Positions 13,028-22,768 of a stretch of DNA of 64,000 bases are shown here, piece by piece (positions within the stretch are counted from its first letter, which is position 1; the number at the start of each line of letters is the position of its first letter). Location of the stretch: positions 2,205,697 through 2,269,696 of the forward strand of contig MU004234.1 in the NCBI GenBank assembly GCA_010405405.1, written 5' to 3'. Below the pieces are notes generated by a model. That model did not search any database, was not told where the DNA came from, and saw only the letters and a list, made by a program, of their open reading frames with translations. The DNA is from Microthyrium microscopicum (Eukaryota). The position numbers and the translations under genes are program-made.

Positions 13028-13399
13028 TATGAAGGGTGTATAGACGAGAAGAAAATGAAAGACAAGAGAAGTCTAGACATGTCTCATATATCGCGAACTC
13101 GATGAGTTTCGCGCGGCATGAGATGAGAAGTTGAAACATCAGCGGTTGACTCGGCCGAGCTTAAGCGCGCGGGGCACGTTTTTCAGCCACATTTCGAGAA
13201 CTGCCCCGCCACGTGAAAGCTTCCCGTCGTTCTTGCCATCTGAAAACAGGTACTCTTACCAGAACCAAGATACCTATTTCCAACTTCATCCCTTCGTTCA
13301 AATACTCTTCAATCTATACCTGTAAAACACACACATCAGTCAGTGGCATTATCCAACGGAATACGCGGATTTCGCCTTGTTACGACGCGAAACTTCAAA

Positions 13400-14626
13400 A
13401 TGACCGCCTCTCCTATTCCCTCCAATCCTCCAGATCTCTCAAATCGACTTCCACCTCTAATACCGCGTCGACGAAATCCTTCAGAGCAATCACAGCCATT
13501 AGAACCAGCTCCAGAGACCCCGTCTCTTCCTGAACCTGTGTCTCTGGACGCGGCCTCTTTTCAAAACCCAACTCGTCGAATTTTGTCCCCTCGTGATCTA
13601 GAGCTCTTCCAAAAGTCGCCCACATACTCTCTCATACTCGCATTCATATTTGGCATATCCGATGCCGTGAGAAACAAGACTACGCGCGCTGTAGCTACCG
13701 AAGAGCGAGAAGAAGTGGTGACTTCGATACTAGAGATATTGAACGATGCGAAAGCCCTTCTAAAAGAGCACCCAGCTTTAGACACAGGCTCACGATTTGG
13801 CAACCCAATCTTCCGATCCTATCTTGACTCGGTATCGAAAAAGCTGGAACAATGGCACAAAAAACTGGGCGTGCCTGCCGCTGCGATACAAGAGGCCAGT
13901 ACCTATCTCGAGCATTCATTCGGGAGTGCGGATCGCATTGACTACGGAAGCGGACACGAACTCAACTTCTTTCTGTGGCTTCTCTGCCTAAATCGACTAT
14001 CTCTCCTCCCAAAAAGTACATTCCCGGCCCTTGCGTTAGTTGTATTCCCACAATATCTCCAGCTGATGCGATCAATACAAATGACATACTACCTGGAACC
14101 CGCCGGCTCCCACGGAGTGTGGGGATTAGATGATTACCAATTTCTACCATTCCTATTTGGAGCGGCACAGCTAGCTCAGCACCGCTATATAACGCCCAAA
14201 TCAATCCACAACGCAGCAACACTCGAAGAATGCAGCAAAGACTTCCTCTATCTTGATCAAGTAGCTTTCGTCAACAGCGTCAAGAATGTCGAAGGATTAA
14301 GGTGGCATAGCCCAATGCTAGACGATATCTCGGCTGCCAAAAGCTGGACAAAGATCGAGGCAGGAATGAAGAAAATGTTCGTTAAAGAGGTTCTTGGGAA
14401 GCTTCCGGTCATGCAGCATTTTCTATTTGGGTCTATGATTCCGGCGGCGAAGGGCATGAGTGAGGACGCAGAGTCTCATGATATCGAGCATGATCACGAT
14501 CATGCGCACGAGTCTGGCCAGACTTGGGATGACTGCTGTGGTATTAAAGTTCCCAGTAGCCTGGGTGCAGCTGGAGAGGAGAAGCGTAGAGGTGGTGAAA
14601 GTCTCCGTAGGATACCATTTGACTAA
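13400..14626 (+). CDS. RRD2: Phosphotyrosyl phosphatase activator (PP2A activator), Rrd2 type
   Basis: SRFGNP, RIDYGSGHELNF, YYLEPAGSHGVWGLDDYQFLPF, LRWHSPMLDDIS; intronless; first ATG at 13400. Confidence 0.93.
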   Translation: MTASPIPSNPPDLSNRLPPLIPRRRNPSEQSQPLEPAPETPSLPEPVSLDAASFQNPTRRILSPRDLELFQKSPTYSLILAFIFGISDAVRNKTTRAVATEEREEVVTSILEILNDAKALLKEHPALDTGSRFGNPIFRSYLDSVSKKLEQWHKKLGVPAAAIQEASTYLEHSFGSADRIDYGSGHELNFFLWLLCLNRLSLLPKSTFPALALVVFPQYLQLMRSIQMTYYLEPAGSHGVWGLDDYQFLPFLFGAAQLAQHRYITPKSIHNAATLEECSKDFLYLDQVAFVNSVKNVEGLRWHSPMLDDISAAKSWTKIEAGMKKMFVKEVLGKLPVMQHFLFGSMIPAAKGMSEDAESHDIEHDHDHAHESGQTWDDCCGIKVPSSLGAAGEEKRRGGESLRRIPFD

Positions 14627-14827
14627 TCGGTACAATTAATTGATGCTTAATGAACCCTTCTGACATTGATCCATGGCTATTCCATACCAAAAATCGTACT
14701 GTAGCCTAACCTTGCCCATGTCTTCCCCTATCACGACTCCAATAAAATAACGCATTGAGTCTTTATCCCTTAACCACCGTCCTGAGAAAAACCCACGATC
14801 AAACACCACAAACACTACCACCCCAAT

Positions 14828-15434
14828 CTACACAGCCGGCTTCTCAGCCCTCGCCAACTCCTTCTCAATAGTCGCCTCCAACGTCTCCGGCTTCGCCATA
14901 CTCGACCACCTTTCCTTAACCTTGCCATCCGCGCCAATCAAAAACTTTTCAAAATTCCACTTGATCATCTCCACATTCTTGCTCACAAAGCCCACGCCAA
15001 TCTTCGCCGGCTTCTCATGCTTCATCCACTCCCAAACCGGCGCCGCCCCCTTGCCATTCACCTCGACTTTCGCCATGACGGGAAACTTGGTGTTGTAGTT
15101 GGTGGAACAGAATGTTTGGATCTCGGCGTCAGTGCCGGGGTCTTGGCTGCCGAATTGGTTGCAGGGGAAGGCGATTAGTTCGAATTTGTCGCCGTGGGTG
15201 GCGCGCATTTTTTCGTAGAGCTTTTGGAGGCCGTCGAGTTGGGGTGTGAATCTATGTGTATATACATTAGTTTTGAGATGGGGAAGAAGAGGGGTGGGGA
15301 GGAGAGGAGGCGTACCCGCATTTTGAGGCGGTGTTGACGACGAGAACGACTTTGCCTTTGTATTCGGAGAGCGGGATGGGTTCGCCGCTGCCGTTGAGGG
15401 GCTTGAAATCGTAGAAGCTTGTTGCGGATGCCAT
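14828..15434 (-). CDS. HYR1: Cys-type glutathione/thioredoxin peroxidase
   Basis: [12 protein letters not shown] across intron 15252-15315, [16 protein letters not shown]; an in-frame upstream ATG lies at 15692. Confidence 0.93.
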
Positions 15435-16485
15435 GGTGTGTCTTGATGTGGTGGTGAAGGACTTTGCGGATGCAGGAAGGTTTATATGCTGTTGTGTCGG
15501 TTGGCGGGTGTAGCGTTGGTAGCCGTGTGAATCCGGGATACGGTTGAATTCCAAATACCTAGGAGAGGAAGGTGTAGATAGCAGTCGTACTTGTACGAGT
15601 GATGCGGTTGGTGGGGCAGTCGGCGAGTTGGTGGGAGAGCAAGTGCTTATGGAATGTAGTCGAAAGAAGGTCCGAGGAGTCCGTGACAGCATGGCCACGT
15701 TTTGAATGATTTACCTTGGTGCCCCTCGTGTGATTTTATCGCTAGATTGACTGGGGCCATCATGAGACGTTTGGAGAGTCGCAAGGCGGACGGTGACGTA
15801 GCAAGTCCTTGGCGAATGAAAGAGATTATTGCCTTTTCGTTTGTACGATCCCTGTCATGAAAGGCTGAAACACGATGAGCAATTGTCGAGAGACCGATGA
15901 CTGTGAGCTCTCGGCTTTGTACAAAGATAGAATGCGTGAGAATTCAAATATCGAGCGATTCGTCTATGGTTGGTCAGGGCGAATTTACACTCAACGCGAT
16001 GTGGATATAGAAATGATGATAACTTTGCTTTATTTTAATAGCCATATTAAGCTAAACGAAATACCCAAACTCCAGTATCTGCTACTTCTGCTTATAAAAT
16101 GTAGATACATGACAACAACTTATACATTCTCTTCTGCTCTGCTTGGCTTAGTGTTTACAAGACTGCCATACGAACAACACAAAAAAAGAAATCGATCCTC
16201 CATGTGGAGCTGATAGAAACAGTACCGGCTAAAGCCGCGCTTGAAGACGTTTATGAGCCGTCGAAGCGTTTCTGGTCTTAGCCAGTAGGGAAGTCCTCGC
16301 TCTACAAAGAGTCAAAAGGGTAGTAGCACAAGCCGGTTGGCTTCTGGTGCAAAGAAGGTGGAAATCCAAAAGGATCCGGTGATAGAAATACGGTCTAAGC
16401 CAAAGAGCAGAGAACCTAGGAAACATGCCTAGTGTATATGTTAGTGGGTTTTCCTGATGGTGGTTGAAGTGAGAAATGCTTACAT

Positions 16486-18752
16486 TCAGTCATTTGCAGA
16501 TGTGTTCTGCGTGGTGAGTGCCGAGATGGCGTCCTCGAGCCGGGAAACTTCAGCCTTGAGTTGCTGGATGTACTTTTGGGCGTTGGGGTTGCTTTGCTCT
16601 GGGAGCTTGAAGACGATCTTGCCAATGCTCTCGCGGCTGGCTCTGTACTGCTTTTCGAGCTTCTCCCTTCGTGCGCGGGAGCTGGACTGCTTGCGGACAC
16701 CGCTGGTTGCGACGGCGGAGCTTTTGGTGGATGACATGGAGGTGCCGCTGACGTTGCTGGTGCTGGACTTGCGAACACGCTTGCTCTTCTTGAGAAATTG
16801 CGTGACATCAAGCTCACGGTGGACGCGTTGGATGTGGTCGCCCATGTTATACTCGCGTGGGAAGCCGCGGTTATGGCGCTCGCAGGTTGGTACTGGGCAG
16901 AAGAATTGGCAAGCGGCGTGCATGCCATGTGCTTCCTTTTCGTGGCGAGTGAGAACGGCCTTAGAGGAAAACTGCATTCCGTGGCAGTCCATGTGCCGAC
17001 AGATGTTGGTCTTGAGGGTAGACTCGAGGTGCTTTCGGAGCATGCACTTGCGGTCCGCGATGAAATCGCAGGCGTGGTCCTCGGCGTTGACGTCCTGGCA
17101 GTGGTACTTGCCATCCTCAGAGGGCTCTAGTTCGCCGAGAAGGTTCTCAAGAACTTCATCGGAATCCGCTGGCTCAGAACCTTCGTCATCAAGGTAGTCG
17201 GTGGCAGCTGGAGTTGCTGGGTCCATGATGGACATCACTGGAGACATGGCAACAGACAGAGCTCCAGAGCTGATCACACTGGAAAAGGCTGGGGAGGTGG
17301 GTGATGTGGGTGATTGCATGAAAGATTCTCCGTCATACATGCTGGGAGCATATGAGGCGTTGCTGCTTGCAGTCTCAATGTGAAAAAGGTTGTCCTCGAA
17401 CATGGGTTGCGCATTGTCTGCTGCTGTCCATTGGAAGCTATCCATGGAGTAATTGTATTGATGTGGTCCATAAGCAACCATTGGCGCGTCATGGCTGTCA
17501 ATCATTGTAGAGCCGAAAGTGAAGCCTTTGAGATCGGATGATCCATATTGTTCAGAGTAAAGAGATTCCGAAGATGTGGATGGGGATGGTTGTCCTAGGA
17601 TTTTGCTTCTGAGAGCTTCCCTATCATGGTCGCTGCAAACACAAAATGTTAGTCTCCCGGAATCCTTGAAGTGGCAAAACTCAGAGCCCATGAACAAAAA
17701 CAATGCAGAACATAGGAAATTTAAACAGGATTGATCAGGTTAGTTGCAGCGAGCAGTGTTAGTATTCCAGCCTTGAGGGGGCCTGTTGACAAGCAAGAGC
17801 ATTTTGAATCCGGTGTTTTGTGTAAATCTCAGATGGAAGAACTGAGTTTCGAGGGAATCACTCGCAATAACAATTGACCAGAAGGGATGAATCCTGGCAG
17901 AGCCATGAAGGAACTCCAATGCGCAAAGGATGACAGCAAGTCCAGAATAGAAGCAGAAACCAGAAAGCAAGAACATCCAAGGAAGTTTTGACTCAATATG
18001 AAGTCATTACGAGTTCTACGCCGATGTGGTTAGTTCACAACATTCGATTTTGAAATGTTGAGGCGTGAGCCATTGTATGAACATACACTGAGAGATGACC
18101 GGCATCTCGCACATCCAGTCTACAGTTCCAGGATTGTCCGAGGATAAAAAAGCATGTGCAGACCATCCGGCATTGGAAGTTGTCCAAGAAAGTCCATGGG
18201 AGTAAATAGATATCCAGGGTGAAAAGTTCGCTACAAACAAGATATCAAGTCCGACTGTCAAATTTGAACAGTCGTAAGTGACTTGGCATAATCAAGTATG
18301 CGTGCTTACGTCCGGACTTCATGTCAAATGCAACGGTTTGCAGTTCCATCTCAAAGTTGGCCAAGGATGATACTGAATCTAATTCCCATGGTTGATGACG
18401 CAAGAATCCGCCTCTGGAAGAGATCATGCGCAGCCGCAGCACAAAAGTACAGCTCAGCTAACAGCAAAGATACCTCGGCAAGTTGAACAGTGCAGGAAGC
18501 ACGAACGACCAGGAAGGTCGACATCCTATACAACGCAATCATCTGGTGACGAATGGAGCATGCAATCCAAGCCATGAGAACAAGATGATCCGGAATATCC
18601 AAGGAAAGAAGAGTAGCCTGGTAGCTAGCTGTATACATTGAAGTAGACATATGAAACAGACATGAAAATGCGATCAACAAGAAAAACGTAGCAGAAGACA
18701 ATCCGTAAAAACGCCCTTGTGGAGTCCTGAGGTGGAGTAATTACCTGTACAT
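16486..18752 (-). CDS. C2H2 zinc-finger transcription factor; proposed 8-nt first coding exon (18745-18752) plus main exon (16486-17632)
   Basis: Fingers C..C...FSSKAVLTRHEKEAH and CPVPTC...GFPREYNMGDHIQRVH, C-terminal coiled coil; CTAAC...TTGCAG acceptor at 17633; ATGTACAG|GTAATT donor at 18744 joins in frame (MYSDHDREAL). First exon is inferred. Confidence 0.8.
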
Positions 18753-19607
18753 TCCGTTTTGAGGGAAGATGTTGTCAAAGGACGACATTTTGCCAGTGTG
18801 TGAAAAAGAAGAAACTTGGTTGTTTTGTGGAAGATCCTTTGGAAAATGCAGAGCAAAATCAAAAGTAACAAGACAAATTCAGATTGTAACTTGTGCGAGT
18901 GCTTGAAGCCAAAAGCTTGCGATACTGAGAGTAAAAGTTGTTGTGTGAAGAGAAGGAAAAGGGCGAAGAAGGGCGAGGGGAGGCTCCGGCATTTTTCAAT
19001 CATTTTGACAATTCTCGGCAAGAACAACACACGGCGAGAAAAGGGTGACGAAAGCGCCAACCTGCAAAAAATAGCGAGGCTTGCTCCACCTTCTGTATCG
19101 CCGCAGGAATTGATTGGCAACAAGACAATTGAAAAATGAAGATGTTACGGCGCATAACCTTGCCTTTGCAGCACTTCCTCCAATCATCAACAACCACGCG
19201 TTCACCGCTGCTCTTTTGAGCAAGGATGGGTTGCGCTGTGCTGCGTGACTGCGTGCTCTGTGCTTCGCAAGAAACCGGTCTCGACCCCTGCTCGCCAGTA
19301 ATTCTCACGCAAATTGAAATCCAGCGGCAGGAAAGCTGACTTTCCGCATTGCGTTAATTTGCGTCTGTCATATCCGTTACTGTGAGCAATGCGCAGCAAA
19401 CAATCCTCGAATGGGAATGAGAAACCGATACATCAGAGCGGAAGGTACTTGAAGTTTGACTGCCATATCCTGCATATTAATGGGCAACAGATCAGATTAC
19501 TCGGCGCGATGTCGATGGCTGGGGAATCTGATTGGGGGATCTTGGCTCCAATTTACTCAATATATCGTGTATATCTATGTTTCTCGATACTGTGTCGTAC
19601 AGCCTCG

Positions 19608-20370
19608 TTACATGGAAGCCTTAAGAGATGCAAACACATCAGCACTCTTCCCGAGGTATCTCTGCTCAGCCGTCTTCCAACTGATAACGCTCCAGATATT
19701 CTCAACATAGGCCGCCTTGCCATTCAGATACTGACCGGTCATGTTAGCAACGCGGCCATCAACCTCAGGGGTTTACAAATCAATACCTGCAAATAATATG
19801 CGTGTTCCCACATATCAACTCCAAAGAGAGGCACCTCGCCAGCTCCAACTACAGGATCCTGGTCTTTTGTGGTGACGATTCCAATGCGACCATTCTCGTT
19901 GTCAAATCTGACTAACCAACCCCATCCACTGCCTTGGATTCCTAGAAGAGCTGCGTTGAACTTGTCCTTGAATGCTTTCTCACTGCCGAACGTGGCTTTG
20001 ATGGCCTCACTTAGCTTGGGTGCTGCATTGATCTTGGTATCTAGCGATGATGGGGGTGCGAGGTTTTGCCAGAAGAGTGAGTGGTTGATATGGCCGCCAC
20101 CATGAAATCGCAGCGCAGGCTGAAGTTGAATTTGGGTTGGGATATCATTGTTCGCCTGAGCAGTGGCAAGTGACTTTGCCGCGTTATTCAGGTTCGTAAC
20201 GTATGTCTGGTGATGTTTGCTATGGTGTAGCTCCATTATCTGGGCCGAGATGGCCGGCTCCAATGCCTGTGACCCGAGTTAGAACTACATCGGATGCAAC
20301 ATCAACCTCATTTTAGTCTCACGTTATAGGCATAAGGAAGCTTTGGTAGTGTGTAAGTAGTGGCTGCCAT
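19608..20370 (-). CDS. Manganese superoxide dismutase without mitochondrial presequence (cytosolic SOD3 type)
   Basis: MAATTYTLPKLPYAYNALEP, ELHHSKHHQTYV, GGGHINH, IQGSGWGW, DMWEHAYYLQY; two introns; ends ...FASLKASM. Confidence 0.95.
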
Positions 20371-20544
20371 ATTGAATGTACTCAAAAGGCGTGGACGGTG
20401 GTTGTATGATGAGGTGGTTTTTTGATAGAGAAAATAACGTGCTCGCAGGATCAAGTTTTACGAAAAGAGTCAGTTGAGCTTATATTTATCTTCTCAATTT
20501 TGTTGTTGAACGGTTCGGAAATTTTTGTATGTCTTTCCAGGGTT

Positions 20545-20630
20545 TGAGCACGTATTCCAGGCCGATAAATATGCTCAAAACTTTCTCATCTTTAACTTGC
20601 TCATGGCCCAAACCTGCGCGTTTTTGCTCA
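20545..20630. promoter_or_regulatory. Cluster of four TGCTCA (Mac1/CuRE-like) elements in a divergent promoter
   Basis: TGAGCA 20545-20550 (reverse), TGCTCA 20572-20577, 20598-20603 and 20625-20630 (the last a full TTTGCTCA); also TGCTCG at 20440-20445. Confidence 0.7.
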
Positions 20631-20818
20631 CTCGGTCCCAGAATCGACACAAGACTCCGAAGACCCCGAAGTCTCCGATGGGACAAAATGTGGAACGCAA
20701 CCATATCGATGGAGCGTTTAAGATCTTTATAATGCGTTGTTCAATAAAAGCCTATCACCGCCGTTGCTCCTGGGAGATTCCATACTGAATATCACCTTCT
20801 GGCCAACAGTATATCAAC

Positions 20819-21282
20819 ATGTGTGGAGACTCGAGCAGACAAAGCGAAGGAGGAGCAATCGCTATCCTCCAGACCATCAATCAAATACACCAACCACAGC
20901 ACACCACAAACTCCGAGCTCCGCTTCCATACAGATCATAACACTCTGTACGCCAACCGCATATCATACACCAGTCGGGATGCCGGCATCCCCACTGACTT
21001 CTTTGTAGTCATACAGTAAGTCACCAGCTCCCGACCTATATTGATTGCTAAAATTTGCATAGCAAACAAGGCGATATGACGAAGCCAATCAACGCAGCCG
21101 AATACTTGCACAAGCTACATTTCCTTCCAAGCAGCGTCGACTCGTCAGGCACGAGATCTCTGAAGCTTGATAACCCATTACAAATAAGCCCTGGCGGTGA
21201 AGGGGTAATTGGTCGCCGAGTTTTGCTGTATGAATCATCTGGTCAGAGTCCGCTGGCCGAGGGTCTGATAGGGTGGAACTGA
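20819..21282 (+). CDS. Small Cu/Zn-SOD-fold-like protein lacking most metal ligands
   Basis: Intron 21016-21062 joins MCGDSS...FFVVIH to KQGDMT...LQISPGGEGVIGRRVLLY...LAEGLIGWN; these segments parallel SOD1 FHIHEFGD and SVIGRTVVV...ACGVIG. Confidence 0.72.
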
Positions 21283-21773
21283 GCTATGATGGTGCAAAGG
21301 GAACTACAAGTGAGCATAATGAGTGGCACGCTCCTATTTACTGTGATGGCTCCATGTTTCTAAAAGAAGGGGATGGCTTGATTATCATCACAGTGTGTCC
21401 CATTATTCGTCCATGCTTTTATGCACCCAACGTCGAGTGAAAATTCGAGACCGATGGCGGCCGGAGAGTTTTAGGGAGGCTGATGGAGGATGCCAACGAT
21501 TTGTCCGGTGGTCAGAGAACATTGGCAGTCGTCCGAATGTACCTATGAACCCTCCTCAAGGGTTTTTTTCGTGAGGTCAAAATAAGGTTATATACCCACG
21601 TTGGCGTTAGGGCCACGTGGTCATGCGATGTCCTGGTTTGGAAGGCACGATACAAATCTCGAGTTGAGGGTTGCCATACGAATGCGGTTGCCTCGGTTTA
21701 TTTGCTATATCATAATCATGCATCAATTCATGCTGCTGCTATAGCTTTCGCAGCTGTAATAATCCACGCTAGT

Positions 21774-22768
21774 CTATGCTTTTACCTTTGGGGTCCATCT
21801 TTCCGCAGCCTTGTCGAATTCAGACTTTTTCTCGGCCAAGTCTAGTAAAAGCTGATGGTTGGGATTTGACTTTTGAAGCGCCTTCTTTTGCTCTGCGACA
21901 TCTTTGCCGGCAATCGTATTTAGAACGATTAGGTTGGCCAGTACGTCCGCATTGTCGGCATCTAGCCCTTGAGCTTGTTCGAACGCTGCTTCTGACTCTT
22001 GTAATCTACCAAGATGGAGCTCGGATATGGCCTGGCTAGTGAGGGACTGAACGGATTGTGTAGCTTCTGCTTGGGCCAGCTCTTCAAACACGTAGTACGC
22101 TGCCTGGTACTTTTCTCCACCCTGGCGCAAGAAGTCAGCATACCATAGTTGTAGTCTCAACGTGTCGCACTCACCTCTCTCATCCCTATCCACGACTCTG
22201 CGATGTTGACCAGCAAGTTATCCTGTGCCCATTTTCTTGCCGCTGTTGCTGCCTTCTTGGCCAGATCCAGACGATTCCTCGAAAGCTCGATTTGAACAAT
22301 GACGGCCACCCTGTTCAACATCAGTTCTGAATTTCAGTCGCCAATTGATCTGCCCTACACGTCTAAGCTGCCCTGATGTTTTGCTAGCAAAGCTAGAGCT
22401 TCATCCACCTTACCAGCACTCGCCAGCACAGTGCCACATAGTATTTCCACGTTCATGTTCTCCCCTTGCGACTCAGCGAGCTTCTCCGCTTTTGCCAATG
22501 CCGGCGAGCTCTCTGATGGCTTTTTGAAGTATTCGGCCGCAATGGCAGCTGCAGCATAGTCGGGCTGGGATTTCCCTTTGGCTTCTGATGCGACTTCGTC
22601 ATATTGATGCAGAGCTAGGCGGGCGCGCAATTGAAGGAGATGTGCGGGGAGTGTATATTCGGAGGAGAAGGAAGAGCTGTCCCAATCGACGACATTTTGG
22701 TATTGTCCCTGGTGGAAGGCATTGTGTATCAAGGCGAGCTCGCCGTCGGCGCTGTATGGATCGGACAT
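21774..22768 (-). CDS. SEC28: Coatomer (COPI) epsilon subunit
   Basis: MSDPYSADGELALIHNAFHQGQY, LLAKHQGSL, WAQDNLLVNIAESW, GGEKYQAAYYVFEELAQ; two introns. Confidence 0.93.

Noticed and set aside
15255..15325. Selenocysteine in the glutathione peroxidase
   Set aside because: Active-site codon is TGC (Cys); the frame break is an ordinary intron.
16416..17197. 232-aa and 246-aa ORFs overlapping the C2H2 gene
   Set aside because: Alternative-frame and antisense shadows in a GC-rich exon.
11922..21282. A larger redox cluster (FAD1, peroxidase, MnSOD)
   Set aside because: Interrupted by RRD2 and a transcription factor, with no shared motif seen; only the MnSOD/SOD-like pair is supported.
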